NCBI RefSeq assembly: GCF_044704955.1
Contig: NC_091990.1
Coordinates: 177,630,001 to 177,694,000, forward strand
Source: Pristiophorus japonicus
Lineage: Eukaryota
Reading direction: 5' to 3'
Length of the DNA: 64,000 nucleotides
Shown here: positions 11,370-22,224 of the stretch, piece after piece
Numbering within the stretch: position 1 is the first letter of the stretch
How the letters are laid out: every line of letters starts with the position of its first letter
The notes under the pieces: generated by a model
Told to the model about the DNA's origin: nothing
Seen by the model: the letters and a program-made list of their open reading frames with translations, nothing else
Database searches by the model: none
Program-made: the position numbers and the translations under genes

Positions 11370-12425
11370 ATTATTCTGTGCCTGTCCTCGTCCCTTTTGC
11401 TGATTTACTGACCTGTTTTAGCCATATTTTCCTTATAGGTAAGTAGTCCCTCTCTATCCATGTTAGCCAGTACTGTAACTGTCTCTTTCCAACTTTTTCC
11501 TTGCCAGTCCAAAACCCTTATTTTGTATGTTCTTGCTTGTTGTGGCAACATACAATTTAACAAGGTTTGCACTGCCAAAGGTTCATTTTGATCCATTAGT
11601 ATTCCTGCATGCTCGTCCTAACTATTTTTCCATCTGCCTGCAAAATCTATTCTTCTGCTTTCTGCAAGCAGCGGGTGACTTCCCCTATATCTCCATGCTT
11701 TTTAGCTCCCTTTAATAAATGGTACAGGTTTGCTCAAGCCAGTTGTGAAAGGCTACTGGCTTCTTAACAGGATTAGGGGCAGCTGATATCATATCCCGAG
11801 CTTCTCCCGGTGTCCAGGGCTTTAGGACAGCCGTTGTTCTGATCATTATACGGGGGCTTGTGTCGTGGGGGTAGTGGAGGAATCGGCCTGTTTTATCCAG
11901 CTGAGCGGCCACTATGTCTATGATCTCCTGCCAATCATCCGGCTCGGTGGTTGGAAGACGGGGATATAAGCCGACAGGGGAAGCGGTCAAAACCGGGCCA
12001 CTCGGGGGGGCTGTAAGAGGGAGGGGGCTTCTCCTTACCCTCCTCCTCTTTCTTTTTATTTTTTAAAACAATTCTCCATATAATCTTTATCCCAACTGGG
12101 GTCCCCTGTCCCATTTTTGGTGGTCTGTCTCCATTCCTCAATTAAGGACAATTTAAAACTTCCTCCATATGGCCAATCCCCATCAGACCAACCGTACAAA
12201 TCGCTACTAAACGTTACCGCGTATCTGTCGTCTCCTGTTTCTTTAATTACAGTGTCCGCCGGCGAGCCGGGCGGCACAATGGGATCTCCTACCTTCTCTC
12301 GTTGCTTTACTGATTCTTTTCTCATTCTTAGGATGTACTTTCATTCTTTCAGTTGAGAGGTCGTCCTTCTTTCCTTTTCTAGGAGCTGGGCGCGAGCGCC
12401 CTGCTCGACTAGAGCCGTTTCCCAT
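11370..12425 (-). pseudogene. gag: ERV gag (frameshifted and deleted; no nucleocapsid zinc knuckle seen)
   Basis: MGNGSS myristoylation-type start, WPYGGSF matrix motif, PPSY late domain and a capsid-like KPWTP...PNP segment, spread over several frames. Confidence 0.82.
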
Positions 12426-12743
12426 TCTTCCGGGTGCAACGTCTCGCGATCTTTTCTGAAATGAGAGTTAGAACAATCCTACAAAATATACAATAATTTA
12501 CAAAGCGCTCACCGGTGTTCTCTTTTCTGCTCAGCTCGGGGTCTCCTTTTGCCTTTTTGTTATTTTAGCTTCTTAGCGGTAGCTACCTTATGCCTCACCC
12601 TCTCGGGGATCTCGGCGGCCCATCCCCCTTTCAGCTAGGACGGCCTAGGCACCTTCCTCCTTTCAGCTAGGAAGGTCCTTAAAATTCCTCTTTTCTCTTT
12701 AAAAGTTAAATTTGGTTCTTTTGGATCTCGTTTTTTTTTTAGA

Positions 12744-12763
12744 GATCCTGCCGGACTACGCCA
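12744..12763 (-). promoter_or_regulatory. Primer-binding site complementary to the tRNA-Ser 3' end
   Basis: Minus strand TGGCGTAGTCCGGCAGGAT. The vertebrate tRNA-Ser(AGA/TGA) 3' end is ATCCTGCCGACTACGCCA, a match apart from one extra base. Confidence 0.85.
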
Positions 12764-12768
12764 GAATC

Positions 12769-13230
12769 TGTCGAGGAAATATTTAGCTTAAATTAACTCA
12801 GGCGGAGACTTTCAGAACTGCACTTCGAGAGAATTTATTTTAAAAAGCAAGATATATCTCGGAGAGCCTGCTTGGACCTTACCAAGGCAAAACTCTGTCG
12901 TACAAGCAAATTGCACTTATCTTTATACAGAAATTGAATACAGAAATAGAAAAGAATCTTATTCATTAGTCCCGCGAGTACAAAGGTCGTCTCGGGAGGT
13001 GCACACTCTATCTGTCCTTGCATAGTTTTTCTCTGTTCACAGTCTGATAAGCAGAATCAAAAGGAGACTCCCTTTTAATACCAGATGGTCATTTAATTGC
13101 ACCTCTAAGTTTCAAGGCTAAAAAGCGTGGCTATTTTTCTAGTCTTATTATTTCTTTAAGCATAGCAAAAAACAGAATTTAACCCTTCCCTCTAAATTAA
13201 GCCAGGTGTTCATAGTTTCTCTCTTCCACA
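12769..13230 (-). repeat. ERV 5' LTR (462 bp)
   Basis: Repeat of 4948-5409; one mismatch seen by eye (CTGATAAG vs CTGTTAAG). Confidence 0.97.
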
Positions 13231-13388
13231 AGCATGCGGTAAATCAGTCCCACCAACCTCCCCCCCTTCCCCTGACGAATGTCTGTCCCACCTGTGACAG
13301 GGTGGCTCTCGTGTTGGACTGTTCAGCCACCAAAGAACTCACTTTAGTAGCCTTCCTCCATTCCGAGGGACTGCCTATGATGATAATG
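13231..13388 (+). mobile_element. RTE LINE 3' end (continuation after the ERV)
   Basis: CPTCDR zinc-finger remnant and a GGACTGCCTATGATGAT tail matching the other RTE copies. Confidence 0.9.
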
Positions 13389-15099
13389 CATTAATACAGC
13401 CAAATATGGAGCCCCCAGTAAAACCATAACACAGAAAAACTGCATTCAACCATTAGATCATTTTCACTTAAGTGTAGCATATTGTGACATGACTTGCTTT
13501 ATTATTAATGTGTGTGAGCATTCTGTAGACCTATTCTTCAAGCATTTAACTATGTGCTTATGATTTATTGGATTGGAACAGGTTATGGGGGAGGTGTGGA
13601 GGGGCCCCAAATGTTCTTGGTGTCCAAAGCCAGAGGAAACTTTGAAAGAGCTCTGGGCAGTTGTTTCAGTCCACATGGCAACACACGTGCCACATTTCCT
13701 AGGGGCTATTCACTTCTCCCTCCCTCCCCCTTCCCAATGATTTTTTCAGAGGGATCAGGGACAGGTGCAGACAGAAAACAACTTGTGGATGAGCCCTGTA
13801 TCTTCTCCTCCCTGCTATTTCCCACCATCTGGTCCCATTGGGGTGCATTATTGCTGTTCACCATGTTTCTCATCATTTGTACTCTTCAAATACTGGACTC
13901 TAGGTCCACCTGTTAGGCTCCAGCATTCAGATACCAGCAGAACTGGCTTCAGGTCAAAAAGATGACAGCTCTATACAAAGACTCGCAGAACATGGCCATG
14001 CACAGACGCTGTTAGCTTAAACCTAACAATTTCAATCTTTAAACAGTATTTTAAAACCAGGAAGTTTGCCAACTTTTTATCTTGCTTTCTCTTCCCCTCC
14101 AGGCCTCCCATAGGGGGCGTGACTCAATGGCAGAAACTGGAGATCCTGCCTCCGGTGTGTAAATGGCACTGGTGCCAGATATATTGCTGGAGGCCACAGA
14201 TACCCTTTACCCTGCTGAGTGTTCCAGCATTTTCTGTTTATACTCCATATTATCACCACTTTTTACGTGGCCATTTTGCACTGTACACCTCCCTTCCACC
14301 TTAATGTTATAGTTAAGACATAAAGAGCCGAGCAGAGACTAAGTTATGGAGATCCGTCAGGGGTAGAGAGCCATCTGCTTGAAAGATTCATAATGCTTTC
14401 CCAGAGGATCTGAGGTTTGCTAACAATGAGTATTTGTCAAACTCAAGATGCTTTTCAGATATGAGCTAGAGTTTCCATTATTTTTGCATGCATAACGCCC
14501 ACTTAATGTCCATTTTACCGCTGAAATGAGGTGTAACGCCCAGATATCGCCCATTTTTCGGACACTTATCACCGAGCGTTACTTTCGGCATGTACTAACG
14601 CCGGGCAAAAATAATACCACCCGCCCTCTTTTTTTGGGCAGATCATCAGAATGGGTAAAACTAACGCCCATAATATCGGCCAGCGTTACTTTCGGCACGT
14701 AATTAACGCCGAGATTCAATAATACCGCTCGTCCATTTTATTTTTTGTCGTAAAGATCAAATTTGCCAAAACTAACGCCCAGTATATCGCCCAGCCTCAC
14801 TTTCACCACCTCGCACACATCTCACCCACAATATCGCTCAGCCAAAACACCGCTCAGAAAAAGTGTAACTTTTCTGAACTAATCACAGCGGTGTGGGCGC
14901 CATTTTTCAAATTGCAGGTCGCTTCATTGATAAGGCTGATCCAACTTCGGGGGAGTTTGGATTGATTCTGGAGTTCTTCTCAGGTGAAGTAACCATCTCA
15001 ACAGACATCCTTTCAGACTCTGGGCGATTGGGTTTTACTGTAGGTGTCCTTTAGTGTTGAAATTATTGCTTCTGATCAATCGGTATTATACTTTCAATG

Positions 15100-16302
15100 G
15101 AATGGGGCCAGCCATTTCCCAGCCTGCATCAATTAATGCACTGATGCTGCAGAGTGCTAATGGCACAACGTCAGTGCAGACCATGATGTGCCCAATCTAA
15201 GATGTGCCAGAATGAGGAGGCGGTCCAGGCCATACACACTGCGCACTTACAGAGAGGAGGTCTTACCTCGACGTGTCCGAGAACACCCATCTTTGGAGAC
15301 TGCGCTTCCACAAAGTGGTGATCACTGAAATATGTCAGCTCATCAGGGCAAATCAGTAGCCTGCCATCACCTTCAGGACATCACTGTCCGTCGAGGTCAA
15401 GGTCACCTCTCCACTGTCCTTCTACGCGTCCGGTTCCTTTCGGGCCTCCACGGTCGACATTTCCCCTCTGTCTCACCATGCCACACATCGCTGCATTAGA
15501 CAGGTCACGGAGGCCCTCTACATGCATAGGATGGAGTTTATCAGCTTCCCCATGACCACGGAGGCTCAGACTGACAGGGCTGGAGCATTCTACCACATTG
15601 CTAAGTTCCCCAGGGTGCAGGGAGCAATACAGTGTACTCACATCGCCAAGACCTTCTCAGGACCCAGAGCTTTATTGCAACAGAAAAGGATTTCACTCCC
15701 TGAAGGTCCAACTAGTTATCGACCACAACCGGATAATAATGGCAGTGAATGCCAAATGTCCGGGCAGCTTCGACGAGGCTCACATCCTGCATGAGAGCAC
15801 TGTCTCTGACATGTTTAAGAGTCAGCCATAAGGACAACGCTGGATGCTTGGTGACAACCGATATGGTTTAGCCACCTGGCTGATGACCCCCCCTGCGTGA
15901 ACCCATACCGAGGCCGAGAAGCGATACGAGAGCCACAGAGCCACATGCAATGTGGTCCAGAAAACAATAACTGTGCTTAAGCAGTGCTTTAGATGCCTGG
16001 AGCACTCAGGAGGGGAGCTACAATACATGCCTGAGCAAATAGCTCAACTCGTGGTTGTGTGCTACATGCTGCACAACCTGCCTATCAGGAGGGGACAAGA
16101 ATTGTCAGAAGGGACTGATGGTCCACCTTAGCAGAGAGGAAGAGGAGGATGAGGGGCTGGATGCTGACCTCGGGCCAGACAATCAGGCTGACTATGCAAC
16201 CATGCCCATGCCCCCCCTCCAGACTGCAGGAAAAGGCCCCGTGGTGGCTACATAGCTGCAAGACTTTTATGTAAGCAGCTCATTAATGAACGATTTGCCT
16301 GA
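15100..16302 (+). pseudogene. Harbinger DDE transposase (HARBI1-like), frameshifted
   Basis: Catalytic-region motifs distributed over ORFs 15522-15794, 15598-15831 and downstream, with an acidic C-terminal tail. Confidence 0.85.
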
Positions 16303-16734
16303 AAGAACGTTGCTGTAATTGACAAAGTTGACACATTGCTGTGTGTGTGCAGCTCAGACATCAATGGTGGGCATCATCTTGGTGCCAGTTAAAGTTTAAG
16401 TTGATTCAAGTTAAGTTTAATTTTACCCTTTCATGTTAAGGAATCACCAGTGTGTAACGGTCCAGCTATCTGAGACAATGCGCAACAAGGTTATGTTGAA
16501 TAAAAAACATTTTATAATGACCATTGGTCTGAAATCATAAGTATCATGGGCAAAAACACCCCACTACCACCACCCCACTTTTTCGACCATTGACATCAAT
16601 CAAATGGTCAACATGTCCAGCAACTCAGAATACAAATGTAAAGCAGGAGGGTGACCCCTCCCCCTCATACATTACAACAAATTGCATGCACCGAGATGGA
16701 GATATAACACAGCTATCATCTGCGGACATGCACC

Positions 16735-18482
16735 TTATTTTCCTTCGCCCCTCCCCTTCTTCTCCCCACCTCTACCCCTTCCCCTCCTCGCTCCACGCCA
16801 CCTGGCTGAGGAGCTCCTCAGGCAATGTCTCATTTGGAGGGATGAAGGCAGAGGCGGTGGTTGCATGGGTACAGGAGCGGGGGGTGCCGAGATGGGAACA
16901 TTCTCGGATCCAGAAACAGGATCTTGGTCCTGCCTCTCATGTGTCGTTGGCACTGGTGGTGCGAAACCTAGGAGTGGAGTGCGGTGCTCCGGGACCATTG
17001 GGAGACTTGTGCCAGCAGTGTTCCTGGCTATCACCTCCAGGGCCTCCGCCATCTGTGGAACATACTCAGTCATGGTGTCGGAGATGGTGGCCAGCTGTTG
17101 GGATATGCCCCCCGACGCATTGAGGATCTGGTCAGCAATGTCTACAGTCCTCCTGGACAACTTATCCATCTCTCTGCTCTCATCTGGCGTTCTTGGACCA
17201 GATCTGCCGCGTCCTCTGCAGGGTCAGCGCCATCCTGGGGACAAATGGGGTGCCCTGTGGCGAGGTGCTTGGGCCCGCTACCTCAAGAGTGGAGGAGGGA
17301 ATGGCCGGCGGAGCACTAGATGGCCTTGGGGTGGATGCAGACTCCTCAAATTCGGCGCTCTCATCCGTAGAGAACAGACCCAGCGGATTGACGGGCGAGA
17401 ATCGGAGCTCCTCAGCAGATGTAGGATTGTCTGCCGAGTCCGGCCCCGCACCTCCACCTTCTGGCCTCTGTGGTCTTGCCTTTGGACACGCTGCTGGCTG
17501 AGCTGCAAAACACAAATAAGGTTATTAGAGGAGAAGGTGGTGCGAGGGTCACAAGGCGAGTCCAGCGATACACACAGCATAGGCATGACAAAAGCATCAC
17601 CACTATCAAAATCATCACAGACATCACATTTCATGACCATCAACACATTGTACATTGCAATGATTTTCATTGGGCCAGCATTATTTATAGAACAATTTTA
17701 GAAACCATCTATCATATATTATTGTTCGGATATGAGTGGGTGTGGCATCAATTGACTTTAGATCACACAATGGTGTAAACTTTACCCACGTGGCATCACT
17801 TCAGCGTCTGCAGCTGCTTGCATGGCCATCCGGATGTGCCTCTCCATGAGTGTGAGCACCCGCTCCTCCATGTCAGTGATGTCGCTGGTGACTGGTGGCC
17901 CCCCACCCGTTCGCCTCTGCTCAGACCTCATCGTCGATAGCTTCTTTTGTCAAAGGTAACAGGACGACAAGGTATGAGATCATTGTGTAATATCATTGCT
18001 AGGTACTGTCACAGAAACTGATACAACACATAACCGACAGATGTAATCATGATTATTATGATAATTATCATTGTTTACTTAAAGACGTACACCATGAACG
18101 CAGGCTTTGAGTACAACATTCCCGGTAAAAATGAAACACCTCACATCTGATTATAATCACTCATGACTCTTATAAATCAAATTCTATAAATATATAAGTA
18201 CATGTAAATAAATGTAATACTCTTGTGGATACGACAAGGTCGTTCCATCGCTTGCGGCAATGGTTGCCCTCACGCACCTCGTTGGTCGTCGACGAAACCA
18301 CCTCGGCTATCTCGGCCCATATCTTCTGGTAGGCCTTTGGGGTGGGTTTCCTGTGTCAAATCACCCCAGCAGAACTTGACCTCCTGCAGCAGGGAGCTAT
18401 TTGCCTCGTCCGAGATCCTCCCCGCTCTTTTACGCCCTCCAATGTGCTCCTCTCCCAGCTCACTGCTCTTGTCAGTCTCCAC
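16735..18482 (-). pseudogene. Harbinger Myb/SANT-like DNA-binding gene (intron-containing, degenerate)
   Basis: RKRAGRISDEANSSLLQEV start, RKRWNDL-like helix near 18240, TGGGPP exon near 17900, and a basic C-terminus RGARRGRGRGG. Confidence 0.75.
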
Positions 18483-18932
18483 AGCGGGGAAATATCTGGC
18501 TGGTAACAGCTAATTTTTTTTTCTCAATTTGCTATAAAGCTCGAAACTCTTCCTCCTTCCTCCCAAAGCAGCCACACCACACCCACACATGCCTTCACTC
18601 CCTCTCAGCTCCCTCTCTCTCTGTCTCCTCTTATGTGCATGTCATGATGACCCTTGACCTCCTGAAGCAAGCGTTGCTATACTGTTGCTAAGGACGGTGA
18701 CACTTTACGGCAGAAAGTCAGAGAGATTTAACGCTAACGTCCATTTCATATCGCTCGCAGTAATGCCCAATTTCAAAAATGGAGACAAGGGACTTTGAGA
18801 TTGGGCGACAAGCCGGCGATCTGAAAACCCATTTTTACTGCCCACGCCGGAAATAACACCCATTTTTTGGCGATCTGCACAAAAGTGTAAAATTTAGCCC
18901 CATATCATTGACCTCATCAGGGGAAAGGTCCT

Positions 18933-20250
18933 GGGGCTGGATTTTCAGTTAGAGGTTTCTAAGGGCGCTAATGGCGGTGGATCGATAAATTTAGCACCCT
19001 ATAAAAGTTTGCGTCTCCATCCAGAAAATTCACCCGAAACTCAGTGACAATGATCAGCGGCGCTAAATCAGATGTTACACACCTGTGCTTGACCACCCCA
19101 ACCGAAAACTGCCATGCAAAAAAAACTCCTATCCTTGAGCATGCGCAGAGGCGTGCTTTATCTCCCCAAGTCAGCCGTGTGTTTAGGGCGCGGCAATATA
19201 AGTTTGGGCCTGTGCACTTCGAACAGAGCAGGAGAAATGGCGCAGCAGGAAGGATGCCAGAGAGCACGCTGCTTCCCTGTCATGGCTGCTGAGGCACTAA
19301 TACAGGCCTTTGAGAGGAGGTGGCCTGCCTTGCATCTTGCTGGAGGAAGGAGGCCCCTGCCAAGAGTGTTTTGGAGGATTTGGAAGGAGATTGCACAGGA
19401 GATGTCCGCGACAGACACGGTGCCTAGAACTGCTACCCAACGTCGCAAGAAGTTTAACGATCTCACGAGGGTCGTCAGGGCGTGTACCCTTTACATTTAT
19501 GCAGCCCTGCCATGGTTGCAACATCACTGTCTCACACAATGTAAAGTCTTTGACGGAGCTGCCCCTTCTCCATGTGTTCCAGGCCATGGTGTGGTTTGGT
19601 GAAGCCACCTGAAAGCTAGAGGCTCAGTTCACCAGCCATGCCCTCTGTATTCAGGCGGTGCGGACCCTCTTGTCCCCTATTCATTTTCACCCCTCCTCGC
19701 ACTACCCTTTGACTCTTGATATGTGTTGGCCAAGTGTCACCCTGAGCCGCAGTCCTAGCTGGCTTCCCACCTGGTCAGTGCACAGCCACACAGATTATAA
19801 TGCACATCTTTACACTTCCAAACAGTAGCAGCTAATCTACAATGGAAAGCACATGTGCCACACGATGAGCTGCACACTCACTGACACCTTCTTCTTGTTC
19901 TTATTGTTGGCAAAATTGGCGCATAATCGCCGGGAGCAGCAGTGGACCGGAGGTGGAGAGCCTGATCTGTAGCACCTCACTGAGATGGAGCAGCGAGTGT
20001 CGGCCCTCATCGGCACCCCAGTTTGTGCGGTGACGTCCGGTGAGGCAAACCCCTCTATGGGTAGTGAAGATATGTGAATGGCGTTAGCGATTTATAAGTT
20101 TCTTGACCCCAATATCAAGTAGACTACACCCTTTACATATAGATGTCTAATGCCACTTTCATCTTATCTCCCTGCCCCCTCGGCTGCTGCTAACCACACG
20201 TCTGTTGCTTTGTGCTTACAGATGACCAGCCAAAAGCGCAGTAGCCTACC
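18933..20250 (+). mobile_element. Harbinger remnant carrying Myb/SANT gene fragments
   Basis: GGGGCTGGATTTTC TIR-like start; ALIQAFERR...IWKEIAQEM..PRTATQRRKKFNDLTR; next exon KLAHNRREQQWTGGGEP. Confidence 0.78.
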
Positions 20251-20374
20251 CCTTCAATAACAGGATACAGTTTGCTTACTCTACTGTTCTCTACACAATA
20301 GCTACTAACTACGTTAGTTAGTTACTTATTTATAAATGCTATCACCAAGCTTTCAAGCAGATGAACCCTGTCTT

Positions 20375-20480
20375 ACAACAGTGACTACACTCCAAAAGTA
20401 CTTCATTGGCTGTAAAATGCTTTGAGACATCCGGTGGTCATGAAAGGCGTTATATAAATGCAAGTCTTTCTTTTTTCTTT
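20375..20480 (+). mobile_element. 3' fragment of a Deu-type tRNA SINE
   Basis: Same tail as the SINE at 41780-42241 (AAAAGTACTTCATTGGCTGTAAA...ATATAAATGCAAGTCTTTC). Confidence 0.75.
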
Positions 20481-21370
20481 CTCACACAGTTTTGGTTGGG
20501 TTTGTGTGCAGCAGTCAAAAATGAAAGGACACTGCTTACCCCAACACACCACTCAGTCCTCATCACCTATACAATTTGAGTTAAACCCGCTGTCTCAACA
20601 TGTGCAAAGGGGAAATAAATCACAAGGTTCATAAGTGAAAGTGAGTCATGAGATAAAGTTAGTAACAAGTTCAATATTTCTTTAATATATTTTGTTTGTT
20701 ACCTTTTCCATATTTCCAAAGTTGTACCAATATTTCACAGTTTCTTGCATCAGTCAGTTTCTAGTATCTGTTTTAAAAGCAAAATCTGAATGTCCAAGGG
20801 TGTCATTACACCACAGATACTGGTGTGAAACTGGCAGACCAGAGTTATACTGCAAGTTTCGCATCACTCTGGCCTTTTCAAGCAAGATTTCTATGCATAT
20901 GTGTAGAATGCTACTCACCATCATCTGAACATCAGTTAAAGTTTAATATTAAAAATGGGACAGTCACCTTTATACGAATATTAAAATGATGAAAAATGAA
21001 GTTTAATAAGTTGCAATGTAATAATGTAGCAGCCAGTATGAAGTAGCTCCTGGAGGTACTCTTGTCCACTTCCCTAAATTGAATTTGGGCAATTTCACAT
21101 CCAAATTACACTACATAGCTTCAAACAATTCAAAGTTAAAAAAATTTGCATTGCCACTAATGATGTATTACAATGTGCCAATTAAATAACTTTTCAAATT
21201 AATTCTGGGGCAGGTGGCACTATACTGCAAGTCACAAGATAATAACTTTCTGGGCAATATTGGTTTTATCGTCACTGCAGGTCAGTATTAGGTTCTATAT
21301 ATAATAGCACCTCCTGTGTAATAACACAGTGATCAGAAAAAGTGTTAGTAATTACAACCATTCCACATAC

Positions 21371-21667
21371 CCAGTTGATCCAGCGTCCAGTCACTTCTCA
21401 ACTAGGCTCAACTAGGCTGTTGTGGTAAACACATCACAAGCACTCCTTAACAAAATTCTCTTCAGTAGGTACCAATTTTAGAGTACTGGTTTCGTAATCC
21501 AGACAATTGTTTCCACAAGTAGGATTGCTAATTTCTGCTTTTCCTCACCATTCTTGCACCAGGCAACTCAAATATTTTTGGGGAAGAAAGAATGGATTCT
21601 ATAATTTAACATCAGTTCTTCCTCTCTGATTCTGTAAACTTTCATATTGTGCCCAGATTTGGAGTGG
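21371..21667 (-). pseudogene. Decayed immunoglobulin C1-set domain exon
   Basis: 297-bp segment between a pyrimidine-rich CAG acceptor and a GTATGT donor. It translates, with stops and frameshifts, to LNYRIHSFFPKNI*VAWCKNGEE...STLKLVPTEENF...L*CVYHNSLVEP, matching the C1 pattern LxCxxxxFxPxxIxVxWxKNG...CxVxHxSLxxP. Confidence 0.7.
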
Positions 21668-22224
21668 CTGAAGATGGAAAGTAAAATGAAACATTGGAAT
21701 AAATGATTCCCTCAGTAAGCGTTTACTTGCCTGCAAAGTTAAGGGTGTAATTTATTTGAAATACTTAGCAAAATTCCAGGAATGACCTGTATCTTCTGGG
21801 AACAGATTATAACTGTAGGTTAATCAGTATTAATAGTATTTATCATAGATATTTGTTAAGGTTATACAAAGCTTTTAAATGCATTTATAAATAAAACGGC
21901 CAAATATTAGTTGCTTCATTTAAACAGTACCTCATGATAGAGTTCTAAAATGGTTTTATTTCTCTGTATTTGCCTTAAAAACAGTCATGTATGTGATTCA
22001 CTTTTAAAAGATTATTAAAAATAATCAAAATAAAACATTTTTTAAGCACATGTGGGGTCCCCAGCAGCGTTCATTATCTTCATGCCAGTTCCAAGTCTGA
22101 ACACATATGACGATTTGTCACTTAGTCTCAGATCTCAGCATCAGCCCCAGCTTCACTGTTTTTTATTGAGCAGGGAACAAGAGCGGGAAGGAGCTGACAG
22201 CCAAAGACACTGTAATAATGCATT

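Larger units (their letters stand above)
4948..13230 (-). mobile_element. Endogenous retrovirus provirus (LTR-gag-pro-[2H]-RT-RH-IN-small ORF-env-LTR), class I/epsilon-like pol, defective
   Basis: Two 462-bp TG...CA LTRs, 5-bp TSD AGCAT (4943-4947 and 13231-13235), PBS, PPT and recognisable gag, pol and env motifs. Confidence 0.97.
14463..18900. mobile_element. PIF/Harbinger DNA transposon, degenerate autonomous layout (transposase on +, Myb/SANT gene on -)
   Basis: Imperfect TIRs: GAGCTAGAGTTTCCA..TTTTTGCA at the left vs the reverse complement of TGCACAAAAGTGTAAAATTTAGCCC at the right. Reiterated subterminal AACGCCC motifs. HARBI1-type DDE motifs (FPRVQGAI.CTH, YCNRKGFHSL.VQL, PGS.D...L, WMLGD..Y, CYMLHN). 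Confidence 0.88.

Noticed and set aside
13554-13916. 120-aa ORF with a hydrophobic C-terminus
   Set aside because: No motif or clear splice sites; the minus-strand exon candidate has stops in all frames.
14490-14860. CRISPR-like spaced repeats
   Set aside because: Short, degenerate transposon subterminal motifs in a eukaryotic context; no cas genes.
16682-17701. 339-aa plus-strand ORF
   Set aside because: Antisense shadow of the GC-rich Harbinger Myb-gene exon.
20697-20765. Small minus-strand exon-like segment with AG/GT ends
   Set aside because: Stops in all three frames and no recognisable motif; cannot be tied to the Ig relic.
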